Shown here: positions 45,935 to 55,737 of the stretch, piece by piece
Layout: each line of letters opens with the position of its first letter
Numbering within the stretch: the first letter of the stretch is position 1
DNA from: Pirellulaceae bacterium
GTDB lineage: Bacteria > Planctomycetota > Planctomycetia > Pirellulales > Pirellulaceae
Direction of reading: 5' to 3'
Length of the DNA: 64,000 bases
Assembly: GCA_041736515.1 (NCBI GenBank)
Contig: JBGSTP010000242.1
Location: 8,099-72,098 of the forward strand
Made by a program: the position numbers and the translations under genes
The notes under the pieces: model-generated
The model's input: the letters and a program-made list of their open reading frames with translations, nothing else
Database searches by the model: none
Told to the model about the DNA's origin: nothing

Positions 45935-47176
45935 CTAGGCAGCCGAAAATCCGCAGGGATTCTGTTGATCGTATTCGATGTGTATGGCTCGGCCTTCATC
46001 CAAACTGCGTCGTCCGGCTTCGAGGACTGCAGTCACTATTGCTGTTTCCTGGAGAGTCGCGAGCTTGCCAAGGAAGCCAGAGGCCGAGGCTCCTTGGTTT
46101 CGAATGGCATTGGCGGCATCCACGAACGCCTCGATGCTGCGGTAACCGTAGCCGCCCTGTCCCGCAAAATAGCCGTCGCTATCAGGGGCGTATTTCATGA
46201 ATAACGGGTTTGCAGACGCATATCCTTGGGCATCGGTGGCTATGGAGTAGCCGCGATGAGCTTGATCTACGGTGACTTCGCCGCGATGCCCCATATAAAA
46301 GAAGCGTTGTTGTGAGTGAGCGTCGGCTTTCGGCGCGATCCAGGACGAAGTATAGATGGCCGTGGCTAAATTCCCTGATTGGAAATTCTCCCAGGAGACT
46401 GTCAATGTGATCGTGTCCTCGGTGGGGATGCTCTGCGCCCGTGCCCAGCCGGTAGCGGCGGTAGCGTAAACCGATCGTGGCCGCGCGAATTGGGAAACCG
46501 CCCAAGCATTAAAGTCGATGTGGTGTGCGTTCAGGTAGTAACTGATATCGCTCGATTTGCCCGCCCAAGACCGGAATGTGTCGAGTTGCGATTTTGGTTG
46601 ACTCATATAGGCTTGAAAAAAACTGAATTCACCCAAGCCTCGGATGCGATCGCGTGCGTCGGCATAAATGGGATCCCACCGCTTGTGAACTTCCATGGCA
46701 ACCAGTGTGCCCTGACGCTCCGCCGCTTGGATGAGCTGTAAGTGTTGAGCGAGAGTCTTGACGATAGGCTTGGCAATTAACACATGGCAGCCAGCGCGAA
46801 CTGCGTCGAGAGCAATTTGAAAGTGGGTGTCATCCGGAGTGAAAATAATCACTACGTCGCCCGCCTGTAGGGGCTCCAGAGCGGCTTGGTAAGCACTTGG
46901 ATCGCTCGTCACGTGCTCGGCTGGAAAGCTACTGAAGTCGATAGCCATGTCGCGATAAGCGGCTGCGATGGCGCTGGTTAAGTGTGCGCGGATGCCTGGG
47001 AATTTTGCGCCATTGGTGCCCGCCATGGAAAGCTCGCCAACTTTACCGCGGCGTCGCAGATCAAACAGCGTTAACGCGACGACGCCTGCGCGCTTGTCGG
47101 AATTCGATGGATTTCCGTGCACATAGCCAGTCGTGTATTCACCCGTGCCGACCATTAAAACATTTACAAGCGACAT
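45935..47176 (-). CDS. Gfo/Idh/MocA-family oxidoreductase
   Basis: It has an N-terminal Rossmann fold, VLMVGTGEYTTGYV. VIIFTPDDTHFQIALDAVRAGCHVLIAKPI matches the family's (E/A)KP block. Confidence 0.75.
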   Translation of the reverse strand: MSLVNVLMVGTGEYTTGYVHGNPSNSDKRAGVVALTLFDLRRRGKVGELSMAGTNGAKFPGIRAHLTSAIAAAYRDMAIDFSSFPAEHVTSDPSAYQAALEPLQAGDVVIIFTPDDTHFQIALDAVRAGCHVLIAKPIVKTLAQHLQLIQAAERQGTLVAMEVHKRWDPIYADARDRIRGLGEFSFFQAYMSQPKSQLDTFRSWAGKSSDISYYLNAHHIDFNAWAVSQFARPRSVYATAATGWARAQSIPTEDTITLTVSWENFQSGNLATAIYTSSWIAPKADAHSQQRFFYMGHRGEVTVDQAHRGYSIATDAQGYASANPLFMKYAPDSDGYFAGQGGYGYRSIEAFVDAANAIRNQGASASGFLGKLATLQETAIVTAVLEAGRRSLDEGRAIHIEYDQQNPCGFSAA

Positions 47177-47301
47177 GTGAAGTTTCTATTGAAGATAAGC
47201 CAGTTAGACCAGTCCAGGTACGAGAATATTGCAAACTTGCAGGTCTTGGTATAGTCCGCCCGTCATTTACACCGAGGCTGTGTCAGCCGTGGAGAGGCGG
47301 C

Positions 47302-49365
47302 CTAGTCCAGGCGTTTCAGTTTGCGATCGAGGGTCGAGCGTTCGATACCCAGCAATTGAGACGCTTTCGTTTTGTTTCCGCCGGTGAACTCGAGCATTGC
47401 GTGAATGTGCTGCTTTTCCAAATCAGCTAGCGACATCGGCTGAAATTCCGCTGTGGTCATAGCTTGGTTGGGCGTGTGAGGGCTGATGGCCGGAGGGCGA
47501 TCGCCTAAGGTTGAGATGTTCAAGTCTCGGATACCAATGGTCGAATCGCTACCGAGGACGATGGCGCGTTCCATCACATTGCGAAGTTCGCGTATGTTGC
47601 CAGGCCACGAGTGTCGAGACAAGAACTCGAGCGCACTGGGTTCGATGCCGGTCAATCTGCGGCCTGCGTGGGATCGAAGCTGATCTAGAAAGAACTCGAC
47701 CAGCGGTGGGACATCCTCCAATCGCTCGCGAAGTGGAGGCACGCTGATCTCTATCACACGCAACCGATAGTACAAATCAGCGCGGAAGTCTTTGGACTTG
47801 ACAGCTTGTTCTAAATCGCGATTGGTAGCTGCTAAAACACGCACATCGGTACGGATAGCTTTGGAGCCACCGAGTCGTTCGAAGGGTTGGCCTTCCAATA
47901 CGCGAAGAAACTTGGCTTGGAGTTCGATGGGCATTTCGCCAATCTCATCTAATAGAATTGTTCCACCATCGGCAGCTTCGAACTTGCCAATCTTACGATC
48001 GGTGGCGCCGGTAAAAGCACCTTTTTCATGGCCAAACAGTTCGCTTTCAAGCAACGTGGGGGCTAAGGCTGCACAATTTAGACATACGAGAGGTCCATCG
48101 CGCCGCGTGCTCAAATTGTGAATAGCGCGCGCTACCAGTTCTTTGCCTACGCCGCTCTCGCCCCGTACCAATACGGTTGCTTTGGTGGGCGCTGCGCGGC
48201 GAATTTCTTGCCGAACATTCTTCAATGCTTGACTGTGTCCCACCATTTCAATGGAGATGTCGAGCTGCTCTTGAAGCTGATGCACGCGTCGACGACTCTG
48301 CAGCAGGCTTTGGTTCAGTCGCTCGTTGGTTTGCTGTCGCGACAATGCAATCGCCAGATTATCCGCAACACCGACCGTTAGATCGAGGTCGACGTCTGTT
48401 AGCATACGCTCGTCGCCCGACGAGTAGACATGCAACAGGCCAAAGACCTTTTCTTGGACCTTCAGCGGAGCACAGATAATACTGACGATTTCGCGGCGCG
48501 ATGATTGTTGGACGAGCGAAAGTTTTGAGTCATCCATGACGTTGCGGGCCAAAACCGCTTGCTGATCACGCAGGATGTTTTCCACCAAGAAATCGCTGAC
48601 GCGGCGGTAGCTGCCGCCATCGGGTTGACGTGCCGCCAGCACACTTAGCGGAGGCAGGTCGCGCGGACGAGTGGCAGGCAATGTCTCGCTGGCTTCAGGG
48701 TCGTATCCATTTGGGGCGTCGGCAGCCGAGGCGCTCTCGAGCTGTTCCAAGCTGACAACTCCGCCGGAGTTGACGCCCAGTTGTTCCAACAATCGCTCCA
48801 AGGCAACTTGAGCAGCTTGCTCCCGAGATTCGCAACCTACCAAGTCGAATACCAGTCGATAGAAAAAATTCCAGCGCTCGTCGGTCTGTTTTGCTGTGTT
48901 GTTTCTCGAAGAAAAGTGATGGGACTCGGATGACCATTGGGAGCGAGATCGGCGGTTTACTATGGTGGGAACTTCCGCCAGCTCCTGGGTCGCCTGCCCA
49001 CCCAGGGAATCAGCAGCGCGCGTTGTCAGCCCGCGGCTAGCTGAAAAGCCTCCATTGAGGCTATGGGAAAACGTAATGCGACAGCCACCTACGCCGATGG
49101 ACTCGCCCTCGCTCAGCGGATGTGCTCCCTCAATAGAAGCGTCGTTTACCTGCGTGCCGTTCCGCGAACCCAGGTCGCGAACATGCCACACCCCCACTTC
49201 GTGGTATATTTCGGCGTGTTTTCGGCTGACGCGTTCATCGCGAACTACAATTTGGTTTTCGGACGATCTACCGATCGAAATAGTTTCCTTCTGGAGACGC
49301 AGTACGTCCGTCCACCGATTACCGAGTTGAATGATCAGGTAAGCTTGTGAGGATGTTTGTTGCAT
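47302..49365 (-). CDS. sigma-54-dependent transcriptional activator with domain order FHA, GAF, AAA+, Fis-type HTH
   Basis: The FHA block is [36 protein letters not shown]. Walker A GESGVGKE and the sigma-54 contact loop GAFTGA ([12 protein letters not shown]) are present. The C-terminal HTH is [22 protein letters not shown]. Confidence 0.9.
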   Translation of the reverse strand: MQQTSSQAYLIIQLGNRWTDVLRLQKETISIGRSSENQIVVRDERVSRKHAEIYHEVGVWHVRDLGSRNGTQVNDASIEGAHPLSEGESIGVGGCRITFSHSLNGGFSASRGLTTRAADSLGGQATQELAEVPTIVNRRSRSQWSSESHHFSSRNNTAKQTDERWNFFYRLVFDLVGCESREQAAQVALERLLEQLGVNSGGVVSLEQLESASAADAPNGYDPEASETLPATRPRDLPPLSVLAARQPDGGSYRRVSDFLVENILRDQQAVLARNVMDDSKLSLVQQSSRREIVSIICAPLKVQEKVFGLLHVYSSGDERMLTDVDLDLTVGVADNLAIALSRQQTNERLNQSLLQSRRRVHQLQEQLDISIEMVGHSQALKNVRQEIRRAAPTKATVLVRGESGVGKELVARAIHNLSTRRDGPLVCLNCAALAPTLLESELFGHEKGAFTGATDRKIGKFEAADGGTILLDEIGEMPIELQAKFLRVLEGQPFERLGGSKAIRTDVRVLAATNRDLEQAVKSKDFRADLYYRLRVIEISVPPLRERLEDVPPLVEFFLDQLRSHAGRRLTGIEPSALEFLSRHSWPGNIRELRNVMERAIVLGSDSTIGIRDLNISTLGDRPPAISPHTPNQAMTTAEFQPMSLADLEKQHIHAMLEFTGGNKTKASQLLGIERSTLDRKLKRLD

Positions 49366-49504
49366 TGGCTGCAGCTGCCAAGTAATCTATAGAGTGTCTT
49401 GTCTAAATCGCCAGCATCTTAGATCTTAACTGACGAGCTGTGAGGCGCGTCCTAGACGCTGCAAGAATTCTTAGTTCATTAGAGATCTTCTCCGGAGCCA
49501 GAGA

Positions 49505-50887
49505 ATGATTAACGGTCAAATTTTGTCTAGCATCGCGCAACGAGTAATTGTTGCCACTGCCATCTTGGCCTGCTTTGCATGTCCCGTGCAAGCGCAGTTC
49601 GGGTTTGGTGGCTTGGGCACACGTCTGGGAGTTGTGGGTGGTGTTAGTATCGATGCGGATGGCGCTGTTCGAAACGCGAGCGCGACGGAGCGAGATGGGT
49701 GGCTGCGTGATTTGAAGAATGCAGTCCAGGCGCCCGCCGGAGACCTAGCCTCCACTAGCGAACTGCGGATGGTTTCGCTCAGCAAATTACAAGCTGAGAT
49801 TGCAAAAGCGATATCCGAGGACAAGCCGCTATCGGAAGACGTGCTCTATTTGGCGGGCTTGCAGCGGGTCGAGTATGTCTTCGTGTATCCCGAGAAGCAC
49901 GATATCGTTTTGGCCGGTCCAGCTGAGGGGTGGGTGGTCCGTGAGGATGCCAGCGTGGTTGGCAGCAAAAGCGGCAAACCAGTGCTGCAGCTGGAAGATC
50001 TTCTGACGGCCATGCGAACTACTGAAGCCAGCCGTCGGCAGGCAATCTCGGTGTCGATCGATCCTACGCCAGAGGGTGAGTTGCGGCTGAATCGACTTCT
50101 TTCCCAGGTTCGCAGTACCGGTCCCGGATTCAATCCACAATCGATGGAAGCGGCCATGCGTGAAGCCTTTGGCCCGCAAATCGTTAAATTGACTACTGTG
50201 TCGGGCGATTCGCGAATGGCACAAACTTTGGTTGCCGCCGATTATCGTATGAAGCGTCTGGCGATGAATTTAGAAGAATCGCCGGTGGCTGGTTTGCAAA
50301 GCTACATGGAAATGATCCGCGATGGTGGCGGAAGCAAAGGCGCCCAGCCGCGCTGGTGGATGTCGTGCAAGTACGATGCAATTCTGCATAGCGATGATAT
50401 GTTGGCTTGGAAGTTAACCGGTAGTGGCGTGGAGGCGTTGACGGAAGACGAGTTGGTTGACCTCGGCGGTGCTCGAACGGGTTCGGGTAAGGCCAACAAA
50501 ATTGCCCAACGTTGGGCTGAAATGTTTACAGAGAAATTCGACGACCTGTGTGGGCACAACGCAGCCTTCGGCGATCTTCGCAATGTTATGGATCTGAACA
50601 TCGTCGCCACGGTGATCAGTGGTCATAAACTTGCAGAGATTGCCGGCTGCGACTTCGGATTGCTGACAGGAGAAGCTGGAGCTTTGCCAACGCCAACCCA
50701 CATGACCCCGAAAACAATTGCACCGGAATGCAGCTTTGTAAAGGGGCGCGTGGGCTGGACAGTCTCTGCCAGCGGTGGTGTGGAGCTCAATCCATGGAAA
50801 GTGGTTAGCGAGCAGGCCAGGGTGGACGACAGTGTGAAAGTTGTCCACGCAAAGGCGGCTGGCGAAGGACCGGCTTGGTGGTGGTAA
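49505..50887 (+). CDS. DUF1598-like secreted protein (paralog of 9477..10949)
   Basis: A signal peptide is present. Blocks shared with the other copy include RMVSLSKLQAEI, HDIVLAGPAEG, SVSIDPTPEG, VAADYRMKRL and PRWWM. The C-terminus is PAWWW. Confidence 0.7.
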   Translation: MINGQILSSIAQRVIVATAILACFACPVQAQFGFGGLGTRLGVVGGVSIDADGAVRNASATERDGWLRDLKNAVQAPAGDLASTSELRMVSLSKLQAEIAKAISEDKPLSEDVLYLAGLQRVEYVFVYPEKHDIVLAGPAEGWVVREDASVVGSKSGKPVLQLEDLLTAMRTTEASRRQAISVSIDPTPEGELRLNRLLSQVRSTGPGFNPQSMEAAMREAFGPQIVKLTTVSGDSRMAQTLVAADYRMKRLAMNLEESPVAGLQSYMEMIRDGGGSKGAQPRWWMSCKYDAILHSDDMLAWKLTGSGVEALTEDELVDLGGARTGSGKANKIAQRWAEMFTEKFDDLCGHNAAFGDLRNVMDLNIVATVISGHKLAEIAGCDFGLLTGEAGALPTPTHMTPKTIAPECSFVKGRVGWTVSASGGVELNPWKVVSEQARVDDSVKVVHAKAAGEGPAWWW

Positions 50888-50911
50888 AGCACCTCAAGCT
50901 GTGAAATTCAC

Positions 50912-50940
50912 AAGCCGCGGCCAAAACCGCGGCTTTTTTC
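50912..50940 (+). terminator. Rho-independent terminator
   Basis: The stem is AAGCCGCGG (50912-50920) / CCGCGGCTT (50927-50935) with loop CCAAAA, running into T6 (50934-50939). It begins 25 nt after the stop codon at 50885-50887. Confidence 0.75.
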
Positions 50941-51140
50941 GTTTCCGTGCCTGCTCTCGAACTTCCGTGGTGCGATAACACCCGCATCGCCGACGGCAGC
51001 GGAGCTGATAAAGCCTATCCTTGAGCAATGTCGGGCTGGCTTGTATCATTCTGCTTTCCGTTTTTTGTGCTTGTTGAGCTTCGAGGGTAGGCCAGTCCAA
51101 CGTTGGACTTTTAGAACAGGCGAATTTTAGGAAGAATCCA

Positions 51141-51668
51141 ATGCGGCACCTTCTGTCGGCTCTTGTGCAAAATGTCCCCGGCGTCTTGTCCCATATTTCG
51201 GGTATGCTGGCCTCGCGGGGTTACAACATCCATTCCCTGGCTGTAGGCGAAACCGAGACGCCCGAGCTGTCCCGGATGACATTTGTTGTTGTCGGCGACG
51301 ACCGCGTCCTGGATCAAGTGCGCAAGCAGCTCGAAAAAGTCGTAACCGTCGTCGAAGTCGAAGATATTAGCGCCAAAGACTTTGTCGAACGCGATCTCAT
51401 GCTGCTCCGCGTCAAGGCAGCCAAAGGTTCCCAGCGTAGCGAAATTTTTGAGCTCGTGCAGATATTTCGTGGCTCCATCGTGGATGTTGGATCCGAAGAA
51501 GTCATGATCGAAATCTCAGGCCGAGAAAGCAAGGTCGAAGCCTTTATCGATCGCATGCGGCCCTACGGCATCACCCAACTCGTTCGCACCGGGCGAATCG
51601 CGTTGGTTCGAGGTGGACAGACCACAAACGGTGCTGAGTCCCTTGCTCCCGACGAAGCCTCCAACTAA
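51141..51668 (+). CDS. ilvN: acetolactate synthase small (regulatory) subunit
   Basis: The ACT-domain N-terminus is RHLLSALVQNVPGVLSHISGMLASRGYNIHSLAVGETE. Length is 175 aa, and ilvC follows. Confidence 0.92.
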   Translation: MRHLLSALVQNVPGVLSHISGMLASRGYNIHSLAVGETETPELSRMTFVVVGDDRVLDQVRKQLEKVVTVVEVEDISAKDFVERDLMLLRVKAAKGSQRSEIFELVQIFRGSIVDVGSEEVMIEISGRESKVEAFIDRMRPYGITQLVRTGRIALVRGGQTTNGAESLAPDEASN

Positions 51669-51798
51669 TTCAGCCAGCGTCTGGGTCTGGTGGGCGTCGG
51701 AGTCGGACTGTCGACTCGTTTGACCCCGTCAACCTTCCCTTTACCGTTCAGAAGACCAAACTACCCCTAGTTCACATTGCAAAAAGAGAGAAATAAAT

Positions 51799-52803
51799 AT
51801 GACAGCCAAGATTTACTACGACAATGATGCCGACCTATCGCACTTGAAGGATAAGACTGTTGCCATCCTGGGCTACGGATCGCAGGGGCATGCTCAAGCC
51901 CAGAACTTACGCGATAGTGGATGCAAGGTTATTATCGGTCAGCGCGAGGGAAGTCCAAACTACGATCTGGCAGTCAGTCATAATTTCAAACCCACACCGG
52001 TAGAAGACGCGGTCAAGGCGGCTGATGTTATCAACGTGCTGTTGCCCGATGAAGTGCAAGGCGATATTTTCCGCTCATGCATCCGTCCGCACCTCAAGCC
52101 CGGCAATGTGCTGATGTGTTCCCACGGTTTCAATATACACTTCGGTCAAGTCGAACCACCTAAGGGTGTCGACGTGTTATTGGTTGCTCCCAAGGGACCA
52201 GGACACCTGGTGCGAAGCGAGTATGTCAAGGGAGGTGGCGTGCCCTGTCTCATTGCGCTCGGCGATGGAGCCAGCGATAAGACCCGCCAAATCGGCTTGG
52301 CGTACGCCAAGGGTATCGGTGGTACGCGCGGTGGTGTCATCGAGACGACGATCGCTGAAGAAACAGAAACGGACTTGTTCGGTGAACAGGTTGTACTTTG
52401 CGGAGGCGTTAGTGAGCTGGTCAAGGCTGCCTTCGAGACATTAGTAGAGGCGGGTTACCAACCTGAGATGGCCTACTTCGAATGTATGCACGAGCTGAAG
52501 CTGATCGTGGATCTGTTCTATCAAGGCGGATTGAGTTACATGCGCTACAGCGTGAGCAATACTGCAGAATACGGCGACTACACACGTGGTCCTCGTATTA
52601 TCACCGACGAGACACGCAAAGTGATGAAGCAGATTTTGAAGGAAATTCAGAACGGTGAATTCGCTCGCGACTGGATCCTGGAAAATCGCGCAGGTGCGGC
52701 GTCATTCAAGGCGATTCGCCGCCGCGATCGCAACTTGCAGATCGAACAAGTTGGTCGACGACTGCGCAAGTTGATGACTTGGATCGATTCGAAGGAAGTG
52801 TGA
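51799..52803 (+). CDS. ilvC: ketol-acid reductoisomerase
   Basis: [41 protein letters not shown] and later class I KARI blocks are present. Length is 334 aa. Confidence 0.95.
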   Translation: MTAKIYYDNDADLSHLKDKTVAILGYGSQGHAQAQNLRDSGCKVIIGQREGSPNYDLAVSHNFKPTPVEDAVKAADVINVLLPDEVQGDIFRSCIRPHLKPGNVLMCSHGFNIHFGQVEPPKGVDVLLVAPKGPGHLVRSEYVKGGGVPCLIALGDGASDKTRQIGLAYAKGIGGTRGGVIETTIAEETETDLFGEQVVLCGGVSELVKAAFETLVEAGYQPEMAYFECMHELKLIVDLFYQGGLSYMRYSVSNTAEYGDYTRGPRIITDETRKVMKQILKEIQNGEFARDWILENRAGAASFKAIRRRDRNLQIEQVGRRLRKLMTWIDSKEV

Positions 52804-52807
52804 TGCT

Positions 52808-55693
52808 GTGGGCAAGAACGCCCGCGATTCGGAGCAGAAGAAACCGGAAATAAAGCTGCGCGGTGTCCGCGTCCACAACCTAAAGAATGTGGATGTGGAC
52901 ATCCCTCGCGGATGTCTGATTGCCATCTGCGGCGTAAGCGGTTCCGGTAAAACCTCTTTAGCCATCGATACTCTCTATGCTGAAGGTCAGCGGCGATACA
53001 TCGAGAGCTTCTCTGCCTATACGAGACAGTTCCTCGAGCGGCTGGATAAACCAGATTACGATCGCATCGATGGTTTGCCACCTGCGCTGGCGGTAACGCG
53101 CGGAAACGCGCCGCGTGGAAATCGCACCACAGTGGGAACCGCCAGCGAAACACTGGACTATCTTCGTCTGCTGTTCGCCAAGTTGGCTGAGCCCATTTGT
53201 TTCCAATGCCAGCGCCCCGTTCTCCGCTACTCCGCACAGTCTGTTTCGAAGCTCATCGAAACTCTTCCCCAAGCCTTAAGGTTAATGATCGGCTTCGAGG
53301 TGAGCTGGGTTGGAGTGGCGGACCGAGCTGAGGTGCTTGCCGAACTGCAAGCAGCAGGATTCGTGCGGATCATGGTTGCTGGTCAGATTTTTAATCTGGG
53401 GCAAGATGCACGATTGCAGGTCGCTGACGCCGTGCCGGTTGATGGCAGTGTGTGGGTCATCGTCGATCGATTGCGCGGAGGTGAACAATCGGACAGGATG
53501 ACGGAAAGCATCGAAGCCGCCTTCGAACGGGGCGCCGGTGAAATGGCCCTACTGCTGGATTCGCAGAGTCCGGAGATGGACGATCGCAAGTTCGAACTCT
53601 TGGGGCGGGCTCCAGGCGCAACTGGACTCGATGGATGGTTACCGATCCGTTTTTCTCAAAATCTGCGCTGTTCCAATTGCGGCATCAATTACCCCGACCC
53701 GCAGCCGCGGTTATTTAGTTTTAATAGTCCGCTCGGCGCTTGTCCGACCTGTGAAGGTTTTGGGGACACCGTTGAGCTGGATATGAAGTTAGTGGTTCCC
53801 GACACGAGTAAGAGCTTGCGCGAAGGGGCCATCGCGCCTTGGTCCACACCCGCATATTCTCATCATGTCGATGAGTTGTTGGATATGGCAGGCGAATTGG
53901 AGCTTCCGCTGGATGTGCCCTTCAAAAAGCTCTCCAAGAAACACGTTCGCCTGGTCATCGAAGGTGAGCCCAGCAAGGGATTTGCGGGGCTGAATGGTTT
54001 TTTTGCGGCACTGGAACGCAAAAAATATAAAATGCACATTCGCGTTTACCTGTCGCGCTGGCGGAGTTATCGGCGCTGCGAACAATGTGGTGGATCCAGG
54101 CTGAACCAACTCGCCTTAGCTTTTCAAGTTGCCGGAAAGAACTTTGCGGAGCTGTGCGAGATGGAGATCGAGCGGCTCGCCGAGTTTCTGGAAGCTGTTC
54201 CAGTGAATAGCTCGCAAGAGATCATCGCTCATGATCCCTACGAGCACGTGCAAGCGAGATTGGGATATTTACTGGAGGTGGGGCTGGGCTACCTTTCGTT
54301 AAACCGCACGCTGCGAACACTTAGCGGCGGCGAGGCGCAGCGGACGTCGCTTTCCGCCGCGCTCGGTTCAAGCCTTGTGAATATGCTGTATGTGCTCGAC
54401 GAACCCTCTGTCGGATTGCATCCTCATGATGTGGCACAGCTCTCGGGTGCAATAGAGCGTCTTACCAAGCGTGGAAATACCGTGGTGATGATTGAGCACG
54501 AGGAGATGTTGCTCAAGGCGGCGGATTGGATTGTCGAAGTCGGGCCGGCGGCAGGTGACAAAGGGGGCGAAATAGTGTTTAGTGGAACGCTACAACAGTT
54601 GCAGAAATCTCGCACGCTCACTGGGGAGTATCTGTTTGGTAGCCGACAGCTCCCCTTCCCTGCGTTTCGCCGCACGCCTTCCAAGGGAGTTCTAAGATTA
54701 ACTGGTTGTCGCGGCAACAACTTAAAAAATATCGACGTCGACTTCCCGCTTGGGGTGTTGTGTTTGGTAACAGGCGTTAGCGGTAGCGGCAAGAGTTCCT
54801 TAGTTCAAGATACTCTGTATGGAGCTTTAGCAAATCGCTTGTCCACACAAATGGTGGAGACGCTTCCCTTCGAAAGTATCGAAGGTTGCGGATTGCTCGA
54901 CGAATGTATCCTGGTTGATCAAAGTCCTATCAGCCGCTCGCCTCGGAGTAATCCTGTGACCTATGTCAAGGCATTCGATGAGATCCGCAAAGTTTTTGCT
55001 GAGACGATCGATGCGAGAACCCGAAACATGAGCGCTAGCCATTTCAGCTTTAATAATGAGCTGGGCTATTGCCAGAATTGCAAAGGCGATGGCGTTTTGC
55101 AAATCGACATGCAGTTCTTAGCCGATGTAACGATGACGTGTAGCGACTGTGGTGGGGATCGCTACCGTCGCGAAATACTCAACGTGCGCTATCGGGATCG
55201 AAATATTGCAGAGGTTCTGCAACTGAGTGTCAGCGAGGCCAGGCAGTTTTTTCGTGGCTCGGCAAAGGTGCAACAAAAGCTCAAAGTGCTCAGCGATGTG
55301 GGGCTGGATTATCTGCGGCTAGGTCAAGCAGCAACCACGCTGAGTTCCGGTGAGGGGCAGCGTTTGAAGATGGCGGCTTATCTGGCAAGTGCAAGTCGCC
55401 GCAGAACCCTGTTTTTGTTGGACGAGCCCACTTCGGGCCTGCACACCAACGACATCGTGCAGCTATTAGACTGCTTTGATGCTCTACTGGAGGCGGGCCA
55501 TTCACTAATCGTTGTAGAACACAATCTTCATTTGATGGCAGTTGCTGACCATATCATTGATATCGGACCGGGGCCCGCCGGCAGCGGTGGCCGAGTGGTG
55601 GCCAGTGGCACGCCGGAAGAGATTGCTCAATGCAAAGAGTCGATAACGGGCGCGCACTTGGGCGAATTCCTACGAACCCGGCGGCAGGAATAG
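52808..55693 (+). CDS. divergent UvrA-family ABC ATPase (excinuclease ABC subunit A paralog)
   Basis: 961 aa, with a GTG start 4 nt after the ilvC stop. Walker A appears twice ([18 protein letters not shown]). The signatures are LSGGEAQR and the altered LSSGEGQR. Zinc-finger Cys pairs are CSNCG..CPTCEG and CQNCKG..CSDCGG. Confidence 0.85.
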   Translation: MGKNARDSEQKKPEIKLRGVRVHNLKNVDVDIPRGCLIAICGVSGSGKTSLAIDTLYAEGQRRYIESFSAYTRQFLERLDKPDYDRIDGLPPALAVTRGNAPRGNRTTVGTASETLDYLRLLFAKLAEPICFQCQRPVLRYSAQSVSKLIETLPQALRLMIGFEVSWVGVADRAEVLAELQAAGFVRIMVAGQIFNLGQDARLQVADAVPVDGSVWVIVDRLRGGEQSDRMTESIEAAFERGAGEMALLLDSQSPEMDDRKFELLGRAPGATGLDGWLPIRFSQNLRCSNCGINYPDPQPRLFSFNSPLGACPTCEGFGDTVELDMKLVVPDTSKSLREGAIAPWSTPAYSHHVDELLDMAGELELPLDVPFKKLSKKHVRLVIEGEPSKGFAGLNGFFAALERKKYKMHIRVYLSRWRSYRRCEQCGGSRLNQLALAFQVAGKNFAELCEMEIERLAEFLEAVPVNSSQEIIAHDPYEHVQARLGYLLEVGLGYLSLNRTLRTLSGGEAQRTSLSAALGSSLVNMLYVLDEPSVGLHPHDVAQLSGAIERLTKRGNTVVMIEHEEMLLKAADWIVEVGPAAGDKGGEIVFSGTLQQLQKSRTLTGEYLFGSRQLPFPAFRRTPSKGVLRLTGCRGNNLKNIDVDFPLGVLCLVTGVSGSGKSSLVQDTLYGALANRLSTQMVETLPFESIEGCGLLDECILVDQSPISRSPRSNPVTYVKAFDEIRKVFAETIDARTRNMSASHFSFNNELGYCQNCKGDGVLQIDMQFLADVTMTCSDCGGDRYRREILNVRYRDRNIAEVLQLSVSEARQFFRGSAKVQQKLKVLSDVGLDYLRLGQAATTLSSGEGQRLKMAAYLASASRRRTLFLLDEPTSGLHTNDIVQLLDCFDALLEAGHSLIVVEHNLHLMAVADHIIDIGPGPAGSGGRVVASGTPEEIAQCKESITGAHLGEFLRTRRQE

Positions 55694-55714
55694 CCCAGAT
55701 TCGATGCTAGTTTT

Positions 55715-55729
55715 CGGGCCAACGGCCCG
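55715..55729. terminator. GC-rich hairpin CGGGCC-AAC-GGCCCG between convergent genes
   Basis: It has a 6-bp perfect stem flanked by TTTT (5') and GAGTTT (3') on the plus strand. It sits between the stop at 55693 (+) and the stop at 55738 (-). Confidence 0.35.
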
Positions 55730-55737
55730 GAGTTTGC

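Noticed and set aside
49366-49380. TGGCTGCAGCTGCCA next to the sigma-54 activator start, resembling a -24/-12 promoter pointing at the DUF1598-like gene.
   Set aside because: GG and GC are 2 nt too close compared with TGGCAC-N5-TTGC, and sigma-54 promoters tolerate almost no spacing change.
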